Assembly: GCA_963737265.1 (NCBI GenBank)
Contig: CAVTRY010000007.1
Coordinates: forward strand, 192,001 to 256,000
DNA: 64,000 bases
Direction of reading: 5' to 3'
Source of the DNA: an uncultured delta proteobacterium
GTDB taxonomy: Bacteria > Myxococcota_A > Polyangia > Fen-1088
The notes beneath the pieces are model-generated. The model ran no database searches. It was not told the origin of the DNA and saw only the letters and a program-made list of their open reading frames with translations. The translations under genes and the position numbers were made by a program. Shown here in pieces: positions 30,446 through 42,050 of this stretch (its first letter is position 1; every line of letters begins with the position of its first letter).

Positions 30446-32790
30446 TTCTCCTCCTCAAGCAGCGATCGGAAGTCTTCGTCGACGGATTTTAGTTCCAGCT
30501 TCTGCTGGTTGATGAGCTTGGAGACAGTCGTGGTGCGCTCGTCCTTGAGCCCCCACGCCACATCGACGAGCCCGACATCGGACTGCACGACCAGGTCGTA
30601 GAATCGATCCGTGACCTTGGAAAGCATGGCGAATGCCAGGCCGCCACCCAAGCTCTGCGACTCGCTCAAGATGCCGCCAAGCTTGATATTCGCCGCCTCC
30701 AAATCGCCCTTCTCCGCCACGATCTGCTTCTTGAGCTCGCCTAGGCGCCGGCTCGCTGCCGCTTCGATCCTCGCGTCGAGCTCGGCGAGCCGAGCTTGTA
30801 CCGAGTCCGCCCTCTGCAGGAGAGCCGCAACCACGTCGAATTGGCGTAAGTCGCCGCCGGAAAGGTTGGCGCGCGTGGCTTGGAAGACGTCGCGTTCCTT
30901 CTTCATGCTGGCGCCGAGGCTGGCGATGGCACCACGATCCGAGTCGCCAGTCGCCGCCGCCACCGTCGCCTCGCGAGCCGCTTCCGCGATGGTGTTGCGG
31001 ACGCGGTCGTTGGCGGCGCGCAAATCGACTATCGCCTGGCGCATGCCCGAGACCGGCTGGGCGAGCTCCTCGGGCTTGATCTTCTGGTCGGCGCGCGACT
31101 TGATGAAGTACTGCTCGATGGCGACCAGCTCGGCGTCCATGCCCTGCACCACCACGTTTAACTCGGAGGCTTGCGCGTCGAGCTGGTCGAGCGCTGTGTG
31201 CGCGCGTTTCTCCCGATCCTGAAGGGCCGCGGCGGTCAGCGGCAAACCCTCCAGCTCCTTCTCGGCGACCATGCGCTCGACCCCGATCTGCTCCAACTTG
31301 GCCTTGTCGTCGGCGCTCAGATGTTGCGCCGTCAGCGCTCGCATCTTAGCGCCGAAACGTCTGCGCATCTCGACGATCTGATTGAGCACCTCGGACGATC
31401 GTGTGCGCACGGCCGCAAGGTCGGGGAAAATGCCCACCTTGATCTGACCTGCCACCGCCATCTCCAGACGACTGAGCGTCTGTTCCGAGTCCTTGATTCC
31501 GCGCTGCAATTCGCCCACATCTTCGGTCAGGGCCACCACACGCGCAACCTCCGGATCGGCCTTGACCCACGTGATGGCGGCCTTGGGCACGATCACCGAG
31601 ATGTCGAATTTCTCCATGCCCTTGCCGATAAGCGACTCGAAATACTTGGGGTCAGCCTGGCACTTGCCGAGGGTTTCCTTGAGCTGGCTGTGAACCGGAT
31701 CGAATTGCTCTCGCGCTTGGAGAAAGGCGTCGTTTGCCAAGGCAAAGTTGGCCAGACGAACGTGCAAATTCCCCATCAACAAACGCAGCTCGGGCGCCTG
31801 CGGGCTGTCCGGGTTCTGCAGCAACATGAGATCGAGGGCGCGGTAGGCGGCCTTGAAGTCCTTGGCCTTGATCGAGGTCCACGCCAGCTCGTTCATCGCT
31901 TCCTCGAAGTGCAGCGACTGCCGCGCGACGCTGCCGTAGGCTTCGCGGGCCTTGTCGAACTGATCGCGTTCGTAGTACAGGCGACCAATCGCGAGGCGAG
32001 CCATTTCCTGGATTTCCTTTTCGCCATCGTTGCGCGGCTGAACCCGCGTCACCGCATCGAATCCCACGAGCGCGGCTGCGAGGTCGCCTTTTTTCACCTG
32101 CACCGTCGCGGCGAAATAACGCGCCTGAAGATAGTACGGGCTGGCAGGCGGGATGTTGGCGAAGGTCAGCAGCGCCTCATCCAGCCGGCCGCGGAAGTAG
32201 GCGTACTTTCCGCGCACGTAGGGCACCGACGGCTCGAGTTGATCGGGCGGGATATTTTCCAACCGCTTGAGATAATCGTCGACGTTTTCGAAATCCTCGG
32301 TGTGCAACCCAATCTCGACCAGCCGCTGCAAGGCCTGCTGCTCCTGGCGCGAACCGCCAGTTCGTTTCGCTGCCATCAAGAAATAGTGCCGGGCCGAGTT
32401 GTAGTCCTTTTCCTGGAACAGAGATTCGCCGAGCAGCACCAGCGCATCGTCGTAGCCCGGGGCGTTGGGATACCTCTCGACGACGTCTAGCAAAATCGTG
32501 GCGGCTTCGCTGTAGTTGCGCAGCTTGAAGAGCATTTCCGCGTCGACCACTCGCCTCATCGCGGCGGTGGAATCGGCCGGGGCCGCGTCCTTGAAATCGT
32601 TCGAGATCGATCGAACCCGCTCTTCCAAGTCCGACAGCTTGCCGCTCGCATCCTCAAATTCGTCGGCGCGAGTAGGTGCGGCGGGCAACAGAGCCGCCAC
32701 GAGTGCCAGCACTGGCCTGAGCGCAAGCCGATGTCTAAACGACGCTCGTTCGGCTCTCGTGCGAGGGTTGATCCCGGTGGCAATGGGCAT
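30442..32790 (-). CDS. TPR / coiled-coil protein, GltC-like
   Basis: TPRs (ARLAIGRLYYE, AMNELAWT), long coiled coil, C-terminal SDVGLVDVAW. Confidence 0.72.
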   Translation of the reverse strand: MPIATGINPRTRAERASFRHRLALRPVLALVAALLPAAPTRADEFEDASGKLSDLEERVRSISNDFKDAAPADSTAAMRRVVDAEMLFKLRNYSEAATILLDVVERYPNAPGYDDALVLLGESLFQEKDYNSARHYFLMAAKRTGGSRQEQQALQRLVEIGLHTEDFENVDDYLKRLENIPPDQLEPSVPYVRGKYAYFRGRLDEALLTFANIPPASPYYLQARYFAATVQVKKGDLAAALVGFDAVTRVQPRNDGEKEIQEMARLAIGRLYYERDQFDKAREAYGSVARQSLHFEEAMNELAWTSIKAKDFKAAYRALDLMLLQNPDSPQAPELRLLMGNLHVRLANFALANDAFLQAREQFDPVHSQLKETLGKCQADPKYFESLIGKGMEKFDISVIVPKAAITWVKADPEVARVVALTEDVGELQRGIKDSEQTLSRLEMAVAGQIKVGIFPDLAAVRTRSSEVLNQIVEMRRRFGAKMRALTAQHLSADDKAKLEQIGVERMVAEKELEGLPLTAAALQDREKRAHTALDQLDAQASELNVVVQGMDAELVAIEQYFIKSRADQKIKPEELAQPVSGMRQAIVDLRAANDRVRNTIAEAAREATVAAATGDSDRGAIASLGASMKKERDVFQATRANLSGGDLRQFDVVAALLQRADSVQARLAELDARIEAAASRRLGELKKQIVAEKGDLEAANIKLGGILSESQSLGGGLAFAMLSKVTDRFYDLVVQSDVGLVDVAWGLKDERTTTVSKLINQQKLELKSVDEDFRSLLEEEK

Positions 32791-32814
32791 CGGATTTCCT
32801 CCGGCGCGCGGCAG

Positions 32815-33519
32815 CTACTTCTTTGCCGAAGGCGAACCCGTACCCTCGGGTGCCACGAGATTGACCTTGAACTCGACCGCGGGCTTGTCTTCCATGTTGG
32901 TCGTCAATCCACCCTTTTCGTAGCCCAGCACGGTGACCACCGTGGCCTTGCCGTCCGCCGCGATGAAGGTGTTGCTGGAGCTCGCCTTGAACTTGTAGCC
33001 CTTGAGATAGCTAAACACGCCGAATCCACTGCCCTGATAAACGAGCTGCACGGAAAGGGTGTGATTCCCAGGCTGGATGGCGCCGTTGTAGACGTCGAAT
33101 TCCGACATGTCGGCCAAGCGGCCGGTGTCGTCCACCTTGTTCATGATTTGCACGCCGTCGAGGGCGTACACAACCTTGATCAGCCGGAAGGTGGCACCCA
33201 TCTCGTTCTTGTGCTTGATGACACAGCGGGAAGCACCGATGACCCCACCGAGGACGGTCTCCTTGAGAAGATTCAGGCGCGCGCGGGTGCGAAAGACCTG
33301 TTCCTTGAGGTCGTTCACACTCCGCTCAAGCGCCTTTAGGCGAACCGCAGAGGCACTGCCGTCAGCGGCCGCCGCGGTCGCCGGAGCAGCACGTTCTGCC
33401 GGTGCGGGAGCCGGTAGGGGCGTCGTTGCGGAAGCAGTATCCTCGGCCTCGGCGCGCGGCATGCAAAAGCCCGCGGCAAGTACAAAACCTAGGACCCCCA
33501 AAGATCGTCGAGTCGTCAT
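32815..33519 (-). CDS. Secreted hypothetical protein heading the Glt-like cluster
   Basis: AAGGAG SD; signal peptide; coiled coil LERSVNDLKEQVFRTRARL followed by a beta-rich domain. Confidence 0.7.
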   Translation of the reverse strand: MTTRRSLGVLGFVLAAGFCMPRAEAEDTASATTPLPAPAPAERAAPATAAAADGSASAVRLKALERSVNDLKEQVFRTRARLNLLKETVLGGVIGASRCVIKHKNEMGATFRLIKVVYALDGVQIMNKVDDTGRLADMSEFDVYNGAIQPGNHTLSVQLVYQGSGFGVFSYLKGYKFKASSSNTFIAADGKATVVTVLGYEKGGLTTNMEDKPAVEFKVNLVAPEGTGSPSAKK

Positions 33520-33751
33520 CTCACAGCTCCTTCTGAGTCCTTCTGAGCATTCACTGTCGAATCGGCGGGCTTGGCCCGCCACCCCGAGGTGCGGGCACGG
33601 AACCACCGCCCCAGGTTCGCACCGGAGGGTTGTAGTCTATAGCAGGCGACTCCGCGTCTAGTCAAAAGTACCTCGATCCGCGGGCGCCAAGACCCGCAGC
33701 TCCCACATAGCGGGTCGCATCTTACCAGAACTCGGGAAAGTCTGCCCGCGA

Positions 33752-34840
<1,089 letters not shown>

Positions 34841-35092
34841 TTAGACAGCCTCGATGCTGACGAGCTTGCGACTACCGGACTGGCTGTACTTCACCTTACC
34901 GGTCTTGAGGGCAAAGAGCGTGAAGTCGCGCCCGATGCCGACGTTGAGGCCGGGGTGAAACAGCGTCCCGACCTGGCGGACCAGGATGTTGCCGGCAAGC
35001 ACCTGCTCGCCCGCGAAACGCTTCACACCACGCCGCTGCGATTGCGAGTCGCGCCCGTTGCGAGAGCTGCCTTGACCCTTCTTGTGTGCCAT
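34841..35092 (-). CDS. rpmA: 50S ribosomal protein L27
   Basis: [24 protein letters not shown]. Confidence 0.97.
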   Translation of the reverse strand: MAHKKGQGSSRNGRDSQSQRRGVKRFAGEQVLAGNILVRQVGTLFHPGLNVGIGRDFTLFALKTGKVKYSQSGSRKLVSIEAV

Positions 35093-35097
35093 GGCGT

Positions 35098-35415
35098 CTA
35101 GGCTCCTGCTTTGATGGAGACGATCTTGAGCGCGGTAAAGGGCTGACGGTGTCCCGCCTTGCGCCGATACGACTTGCGCCGCTTGTACTTGAAGATGATG
35201 ATCTTCTTGCCAAGTCCCTCTTGCAGCACCTCGGCCTCGACCTGGATGCCCGAGACGTTGGGCTTGCCAACCTGGACGTTTCCACCGTCGTCGGCGAAAA
35301 GCAAAGGCGAGAAAGAAAGTTTGTCTCCGGGGTTTGCGGTAAGCTTCTCGACGCGCAGAGTTTCCCCCTCCGCCACGCGGTATTGCTTTCCTCCGGTTTG
35401 AATTACAGCGTACAT
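35098..35415 (-). CDS. rplU: 50S ribosomal protein L21
   Basis: [14 protein letters not shown]...GHRQPFT. Confidence 0.97.
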   Translation of the reverse strand: MYAVIQTGGKQYRVAEGETLRVEKLTANPGDKLSFSPLLFADDGGNVQVGKPNVSGIQVEAEVLQEGLGKKIIIFKYKRRKSYRRKAGHRQPFTALKIVSIKAGA

Positions 35416-35441
35416 AACTTGGGCTCCCGAGCGAGGCGCGT

Positions 35442-35469
35442 AATCTAGAGGAGATTCGCGCGCTGTCAA
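35442..35469 (-). promoter_or_regulatory. Sigma70 promoter of rplU-rpmA-obgE
   Basis: TTGACA-16 nt-TAGATT, 26 nt upstream of the rplU ATG. Confidence 0.6.
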
Positions 35470-35572
35470 GAACGAAGCTACACATTCGGCGAAGCGCGAC
35501 CCGCCGGTCGTCCATGCGTCGGGCGATGTAGTTCCGCGCGCCCGCCGCGATCTTCTGATAGACGTAGCTCGC

Positions 35573-36898
35573 ATGCCGAGCGAAGGGAAACGCGCGCATC
35601 CGCTGCTTTGGGTACCGAGCCTCTACTTCGCCATGGGCACGCCCATGATCGCCGTGTCGGTGGTGGCGGCCATTATGTACAAGAATCTGGGGCTGACCAA
35701 CACGCAGATCGCCGCCACCACGGGCGCGATGTACCTGCCCTGGGTGGTCAAGCCGCTGTGGGCGCCGCTCGTCGAGCTCTTTCGCACCAAGAAGTTCTTT
35801 GTGCTCGCCATGGAATCCACCATGGTGCTCATGTTCGCGGGCATGGCGTTCGCGCTCAGAATGCCAGCCTATCTGCCGCTCACCGTCGCGCTTTTTTGGA
35901 TCACTGGCTTCGCATCGGCCACCCAGGATATCGCGGGCGACGGCGTCTACCTGACATCGTCGAGCGCGAAAGAGCAGGCGCTCTACATCGGCGTGCAAGG
36001 CACGGCGTGGAACCTTGGCCGGGTGCTGGTTTCGGGCGCGCTGGTCAGCCTGACCAAGCTTTTGTTCGACTGGGCCGCGGCGGGAAAGCCCGCGCCAGCC
36101 AGCGGTCCCAATCCAGCTTGGTTCACGGCGTGGATGGTCGTCATGTTGCTCATCGCCGTCATTCTAGCCGCGACCGTGCTGTGGCACTGGTACTTGCTTC
36201 CGCAGGGTGCCAAGGCCGCGGACGCCGCCACCAGCGTGTCCGGCGCCCTGCGCACCACCGGCGACGCGTGGGCTAGCTTCTTCAAGAAGCCGCGCGTGTG
36301 GATGATGATCGCCACGGTCTTTTTCTATCGTTTCGCCGAAGGCTTCATCGAAAAGATCGGTCCGCTCTTTCTCATGGACAAGCGCGCGGACGGCGGCCTC
36401 GGCCTCGACAACATGGTTCTTGGCAACATCAACGGCACTGCCGGCACCGTCGCGTTCGTGGGCGGAACCCTGCTAGGCGGCTTGCTGGCCGCGCGCTGCG
36501 GCCTGCGCCGAGTCTACTTGCTGCTGGCCTTCGCGCTGAACATTCCGCACATCACATTCTTCTACTTGAGTCACGCCATGCCCACCAGCCTCGCCTTGAT
36601 CACCGGCGTGGTGCTAGTCGAAAAGCTTGGCTACGGCCTCGGCACCGTCGGCATGATGCTCTATATGATGCAAGAGCTGTCGCCCGGCCGCTATCGCACG
36701 GCCCACTACGCCTTCGCCACTGGCATCATGGCGCTCAACATGATGCTGACCGGAATGGTGAGCGGCCGCATCCAAGCCTGGCTGCATTATCCAATGTTTT
36801 TCGCCTTCGTGCTGCTCGCCTCGATTCCGCCCATCGTCATCGCGTGGTTCGCGCCGTTTCGCTCGCCGATTGGGGCTGCCGAAGAACCGACCGCGTGA
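35573..36898 (+). CDS. ampG: AmpG-family MFS permease
   Basis: [49 protein letters not shown]. Confidence 0.8.
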   Translation: MPSEGKRAHPLLWVPSLYFAMGTPMIAVSVVAAIMYKNLGLTNTQIAATTGAMYLPWVVKPLWAPLVELFRTKKFFVLAMESTMVLMFAGMAFALRMPAYLPLTVALFWITGFASATQDIAGDGVYLTSSSAKEQALYIGVQGTAWNLGRVLVSGALVSLTKLLFDWAAAGKPAPASGPNPAWFTAWMVVMLLIAVILAATVLWHWYLLPQGAKAADAATSVSGALRTTGDAWASFFKKPRVWMMIATVFFYRFAEGFIEKIGPLFLMDKRADGGLGLDNMVLGNINGTAGTVAFVGGTLLGGLLAARCGLRRVYLLLAFALNIPHITFFYLSHAMPTSLALITGVVLVEKLGYGLGTVGMMLYMMQELSPGRYRTAHYAFATGIMALNMMLTGMVSGRIQAWLHYPMFFAFVLLASIPPIVIAWFAPFRSPIGAAEEPTA

Positions 36899-36926
36899 AG
36901 AGGACGCGCTGCTGGAGGAAAGAATC

Positions 36927-36953
36927 TGCGCACCTTGGCCGCCAAAGTGCGCA
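36927..36953 (+). terminator. Hairpin after ampG
   Basis: tgcgcac-cttggc-c-gccaaa-gtgcgca followed by tttgattt. Confidence 0.4.
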
Positions 36954-37082
36954 TTTGATTTCGCGGCTGCCCGCATTAGCGACGGAAAAGAAGACTGTTC
37001 TCGTCAACTTTTCTATGGTTTTCGCCGGCCTGCCACCCATGATGGCCGTGGCCGGCTTCTTGCTTGCTAGCCGGCGCAGCGA

Positions 37083-38870
37083 TTGCGACAGCGCAAAGAT
37101 CCGTCACGCGACGCAAACAACGAGGCCCGTCATTTGAACCCAACAGCCGCTCCCAACTCCGCCCAGCCAATTTCGTCTGGAGCGGGATCTCAGCCGATCT
37201 TGCAGATCGTTCCCGCGCTGCGCGCACCAAGCGCGTCCAGAGCGCACGAAGATGTCTCGCATGGCGGCCTCGGTCCGGAACAGATTCTCGCAGCCCTGCG
37301 GGACATCGAGCGACCGCTCTTCGCGGCGGTCAAAGGCCTTGACACCATCCTTACCGATCGTGCTCCCCACACACTTGAAGGCTTGACCGGCGTGATTCCA
37401 GCGGTTCCCATCGAAAACCTCGGCTCAGCTTCGTTTCGGCGCGAGCACAACCTTCGCTACGCCTACGTTTCGGGCGCCATGGCGGGCGGCATCGCTTCCG
37501 TCGATCTCGTGGTCGACATGGCCCAGTCTGGCTTCTTGGGCTTTTTTGGCGCCGGCGCCTTGACCCTTCCCGCCATCGACCAGGCGATTCGGCAAATCCA
37601 GGCACGCCTGCCAGGCGGCGAATCCTACGGCGTGAACCTTCTGCACAACTATTATGACGAACAGCTCGAATGGGCGACGGTGGAGCTGTACCTGTCGCTC
37701 GGCGTGACCCGCATCGAAGCGGCGGCTTTCGTGTCGATGACCGCGCCTCTCGTCTACTACCGGGTGAAGGGAATCCATCATGCACAAGACGGCCGCGTGG
37801 TCGTGCCCCATCACGTCTTCGCCAAGGTCAGCCGGCCGGAGGTGGCGACGCAATTCCTGTCGCCGCCGCCCGAGACCATGGTGCGCGACCTCTTGGCGAG
37901 CGGAAAGATCACGCCCGACGAAGCGGCCCTGGCGGCCGAGATTCCCGTGGCGAGCGAGATGACGTGCGAGGCGGACAGCGGCGGCCACACCGATCGGCGA
38001 CCGCTCTCGGTGCTGCTGCCCATGATGCTGCATGAACGCGAGCAGGCCATGCAGCGGCACGGTTACGCCGAGCGCGAAATCGAAATTCGCCTGGGCGCCG
38101 CGGGCGGCATCGGCGAACCGCTGTCGGTTCATGCCGCTTTCGCGATGGGCGCGGACTACATCGTCAGCGGGTCGATCAATCAGGCGTGCCGTCAATCCGG
38201 CACCGCGCCGCGCGTGCGGCAGATGCTGGCCGAAGCTTGCATGGCCGATGTTGCCATGTGCCCTGCGTCCGACATGTTCGAAATGGGCGGCAAGGTCCAG
38301 GTGCTCAAGCGCGGCACCATGTATCCGCAACGCGCGCAACGCCTTTACGAGCTTTACAAGACCTATCCGTCGTTCGATGCCATTCCCGAGCCCGAGCGCA
38401 AGAAAGTTGAAACCCAAATCTTGAAGCGCACCTTCGCCGATGTGTGGCAAGAAACCGAGCGCTACTGGATGTCGCGCATGCCTGACGAGGCCGAGCGCGC
38501 GCGCAAGGACGAAAAGCACAAGATGGCGCTGTGTTTTCGTTGGTATCTTGGCATGTCCTCGCGCTGGGCACGTCTCGGCGAAGAGAGCCGCCAGGCCGAC
38601 TATCAGATCTGGTGCGGCCCCGCCATCGGCGGGCTCAACCGCTGGACCCAGGGCACCTTCCTGGCGCGCGCCGAGAATCGCGACGCGCCGACGCTGGCGC
38701 ACGCGCTGCTGGTGGGCGCCGCCGTATTACAACGGCGCGAACTCGCTGCCCGCGCGTGCGTCGGCAACCTGCCCACGGTGGTGGCCGCGATGAAGCTCAG
38801 TGACAGCTGGCTTATGGACGGCAAGAACGCTGTATCCGGCAGCGTTGGCGGAACTGCTTTGGGTCTGTAG
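37083..38870 (+). CDS. PfaD-family (FabK-like) trans-acting enoyl reductase; start codon uncertain
   Basis: YAYVSGAMAGGIAS, FAKVSRPEVA, EADSGGHTDRR, GAAGGIG, DMFEMGGKVQVLKRGT, DYQIWCGPAIG. Confidence 0.88.
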   Translation: MRQRKDPSRDANNEARHLNPTAAPNSAQPISSGAGSQPILQIVPALRAPSASRAHEDVSHGGLGPEQILAALRDIERPLFAAVKGLDTILTDRAPHTLEGLTGVIPAVPIENLGSASFRREHNLRYAYVSGAMAGGIASVDLVVDMAQSGFLGFFGAGALTLPAIDQAIRQIQARLPGGESYGVNLLHNYYDEQLEWATVELYLSLGVTRIEAAAFVSMTAPLVYYRVKGIHHAQDGRVVVPHHVFAKVSRPEVATQFLSPPPETMVRDLLASGKITPDEAALAAEIPVASEMTCEADSGGHTDRRPLSVLLPMMLHEREQAMQRHGYAEREIEIRLGAAGGIGEPLSVHAAFAMGADYIVSGSINQACRQSGTAPRVRQMLAEACMADVAMCPASDMFEMGGKVQVLKRGTMYPQRAQRLYELYKTYPSFDAIPEPERKKVETQILKRTFADVWQETERYWMSRMPDEAERARKDEKHKMALCFRWYLGMSSRWARLGEESRQADYQIWCGPAIGGLNRWTQGTFLARAENRDAPTLAHALLVGAAVLQRRELAARACVGNLPTVVAAMKLSDSWLMDGKNAVSGSVGGTALGL

Positions 38871-38909
38871 CTTCCGACGGCCGCTAACGGCGCTGTCAGT
38901 CTTCGCTGG

Positions 38910-39311
38910 CTACGGCGCACAGAGGTCGAGCAAGTCGCCGCTGCTGCTGGTGAAGGTGAAGCAGCCCTGGTCGCCGAAACCGGGACAGGTGGTGCTGCTG
39001 CTGAGACAGGTTAGGTAGCATAGATTGTTTACACATACGGCGGGGTAGTTCTGCGAAACCTGGTAACAGTCGATGTCGGAGCTGCAGCCCGACGTGCAGA
39101 AGAATCCAGCGCCCGATGAAGCGGGAAGGCTCGTGGACAAGCAGCTTAACAAGTTGGGGTACGCGCTGGGGTTCGCGCAGATATCGCCTGAGTAGCAGGT
39201 TTCGTAGGGGTTGTCGACGATTGGCGCTGTGCCGTTGCTGGGAGAGGAGCTACCGCAGCCCACCGCTGTGAAAGCACCGAGGAGACAAGCCAGAAGTTTC
39301 CAAAACCGCAT
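38910..39311 (-). CDS. Small cysteine-rich lipoprotein
   Basis: Lipobox AVGC; twelve further Cys in about 110 aa. Confidence 0.7.
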   Translation of the reverse strand: MRFWKLLACLLGAFTAVGCGSSSPSNGTAPIVDNPYETCYSGDICANPSAYPNLLSCLSTSLPASSGAGFFCTSGCSSDIDCYQVSQNYPAVCVNNLCYLTCLSSSTTCPGFGDQGCFTFTSSSGDLLDLCAP

Positions 39312-39406
39312 TGAAGCCTCCCTTCGTGTTGGTCAGCCGAGAATAGCACATGCATGGGGTATTCCACCAAGGAGCCAGGCGCGGTCGCGGTCTATGGTAG
39401 CTTGGC

Positions 39407-41186
39407 ATGACCGTGTCCCGTCACAAACTGCTACTGGTCGGCCTCGCAGTTGGCGTGTTTGGCGCTTGCGCCACGCAACCCATCACTAAGTTGGTCGGCG
39501 GCCGCCAGATCAGCACGCGTTCGGTCGACCCGAACGCCTACGAACACGTCAGCCGCGCCTTGCTCTACGAGGAACAGGAGCGCTGGCAGGACGCCGCGAC
39601 CGAGATCCAGCGCGCGCTCGCGTTCGACAGCGATGCACCCGAATTGCACGCGCACCTGGCCGAGATCTTTCTGCGCATGGATCGCGTCAAAGAGGCGTCG
39701 GCCGAGGTACGCGATTCGCTGCGGATTGGTGCCAGCGCGAGTGGGCTCGTCGCCGACGCGCACGTGCGCCGGGCGCAGGGGGACATGGCTGGCGTCGTGG
39801 CGGCGCTTCGCCGCGCCAAGGGCGAGGTTGATTTTCAGTCGAGCGACGACGACGCCGAGACGGTGTACCTGGAGCTCGCCGATGCCGAGTTGCATGTGCT
39901 CGACATCGCGGGGGCGCGAAGCGACCTCGAAACCCTGTGCCAGGCCGTGCCGGCGTCGGGCAGCGGCCACATGCGCTTGATGGCGCTCGATTGGGCGACG
40001 GGAGAGATGACCCTGGCCGAGGAGCAGCTACGTGCTGCCTTGGCCGAGGAGCCGAACCAGATCGAGGCCATCGCGGCGCTGGCGTGGATCTACGCGGCCT
40101 CGGGCAGAAACGACGACGCCCGTCGAACCTTTCTCGACGCACTCGATCGGTCGGAGGGATCGCTCGAACATCGCGGCGGCGTTCGCGCGTTTCCTGGTCG
40201 GCATCGGCAGCAACAAGGAAGCCGAGCAACTGGCGGACGATTCGGCGGTTCCCGACGGCAGCTTGGACGCCGAGTCGCTCGATGCGCGCATCGAGCTCGA
40301 ACGCTCGGCACGCCGCCTCGACCGCGCCTTGGCGTTGCTCGCGCGCGGGCGCACCCTCGAAATGCCCGACGAGCGGAAGACGCGCCTTTCGTTCACCGAG
40401 GCCGCGCTTCTCAAGGAACAAGGCAAAACCGACGCGGCGGTCGCGGCGCTGATGAAGGTCGGTACGGATTCGCCGCTTTATCTTGAGGCCCGCTTGCGGG
40501 TTGCCGAGCTTCTGCGTGAAAGTGGTAAACTCGCCGAGGCTGAGCGCGTGGTCGGCGATGCCACGGGCTTGGCCAAGGGAGATCGAAACACCGTTGATGC
40601 CGAGGTGGCGGTCAGCCTGGCGCTCATCGAGGAGAAGCGCGGGGATCCGGCAACAGCCGTCGCGCGCCTGGAGAAATTGTTGACCAACAATCCCAGCGAC
40701 GCCACGGAGAGCCGAGTGACCATGACCCTGGCGGCTATCGAAGACCGCCGTGACAACTGGAAGCGTGCGCTCGATCTGGTCGAGGTGCTGCTGGCCAAGC
40801 AACCCGGGTCGGTCGAGGCGCTCAATTTCTGGGGCTTCGTGGCGGCCGATCGCGACCACGACCTCGATCTTGCCAGCAAGCGATTGCAAGTGGCCAATAC
40901 CCTCGATCCCGGCTCGGGTGGGCTCATCGACAGCTTGGGCTGGGTTCATTTTCACGCGCGCGACTTGACCAAGGCCAGCCTCTTCCTGGAGCAGGCGGCC
41001 CACCTCGAGCCCATCGACCCTGAAATCCAGTGGCATCTCGGCGAGCTGTATGCCGAGCGTAAAGAGATTGAACGAGCGGCGACGACCTTTCGCCGCGCGC
41101 TTGGCTTTAGCCCCGACGAACGGCTGCGACGGAAGCTCGAAGCGAGCCTGGCGCGGCTCGCCGCGCGCAAGGTATCGAAGCAATGA
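39407..41186 (+). CDS. TPR lipoprotein; split by a 1-bp insertion near 40168
   Basis: Lipobox FGAC; ORFs 39407-40486 and 40032-41186 join at GSLE/IAAAFARFLV; C-terminal ALNFWGF, IDSLGWV, HLGELY TPRs. Confidence 0.78.
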
Positions 41187-42013
41187 CGGCGTTGCGCGAT
41201 GTCGTTCGCGGCGCCTGCTGTTGTCTTTTGGTGATGGCCGCTGGTTGCGCCGGCACCGCCCACGTCACACGCAGATATCCGGCGCCGACGGCCGAGATCC
41301 TGTTGCAGGCTGTGAGAGCCCGGCAGTCTGCCGTACGCGGCAGCAACATCGAAGCGCGCGCTACGAGCTGGCTTGGTGGGCAGCGCGTGCGCGGAACCGT
41401 GCAAATGCTGGTGGAGCGCAGCGGCCGACTGCGCTTCGAGGCCGAGGTTTCCTTGCAGGGCACGGTGGCGGCGCTGGCGGTGGACCACGGACAGTTCACC
41501 TTCATCGACCACCAGAAGCATGTCTTTCGCAAAGGCCCGGCCTGCCCGGCGAATGTCGCCGCCCTGATTCGCATTCCGCTCGCGCCCGAGGCGGTGGCGG
41601 CTATTCTGCTCGGAGACGCTCCGCTGGCCAAAGACGACAAGCTGGCTGGCGTGGAATGGGACGGCGCACGCGGCGCGGACGTATTGGTCCTGCGCGACCG
41701 GCACGCTACGACGCTATGGCTAGGACTGCGACGGCCGGATCCGATGAAGGCGGAGTGGGACGTCTTGTATCTGGAGGGACTAGATGCTAATGCGAAGACC
41801 CGCTGGCGCGTGGCTTACGACGATTTCGAACGCGTGGGCGGCGTTGCGTTGCCGCGCCTGGTGCGTTTCGCCGAGTCGGGCAAGGACTTCGACGACGGTG
41901 TCGAAATCAAGGTTCGCGAACGCCTGCTCAACCCGACTTTTCCTGAGCGGGCCTTCGTGCTGGAAGAGCCCTCGGGCTACACCGTCGAGCCCGCGTTTTG
42001 CGGCGTAATGTAG
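41183..42013 (+). CDS. Lipoprotein, DUF4292/LolB-like fold
   Basis: Lipobox AAGC; RSGRLRFE; beta-rich; 4-bp overlap with the TPR gene. Confidence 0.55.
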   Translation: MTALRDVVRGACCCLLVMAAGCAGTAHVTRRYPAPTAEILLQAVRARQSAVRGSNIEARATSWLGGQRVRGTVQMLVERSGRLRFEAEVSLQGTVAALAVDHGQFTFIDHQKHVFRKGPACPANVAALIRIPLAPEAVAAILLGDAPLAKDDKLAGVEWDGARGADVLVLRDRHATTLWLGLRRPDPMKAEWDVLYLEGLDANAKTRWRVAYDDFERVGGVALPRLVRFAESGKDFDDGVEIKVRERLLNPTFPERAFVLEEPSGYTVEPAFCGVM

Positions 42014-42050
42014 TCGGCTACCGTTGCGTACCCCGCCGTCGCGGTGCCTC

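Noticed and set aside
23922-32790. Calling this the canonical gliding-motility locus
   Set aside because: gltA/B/H/I/J/K and the aglRQS motor are absent here, so only a paralog-level call is supported.
34841-35998. 385-aa extended L27 ORF
   Set aside because: True rpmA starts at 35092; the extension overlaps rplU and antisense ampG.
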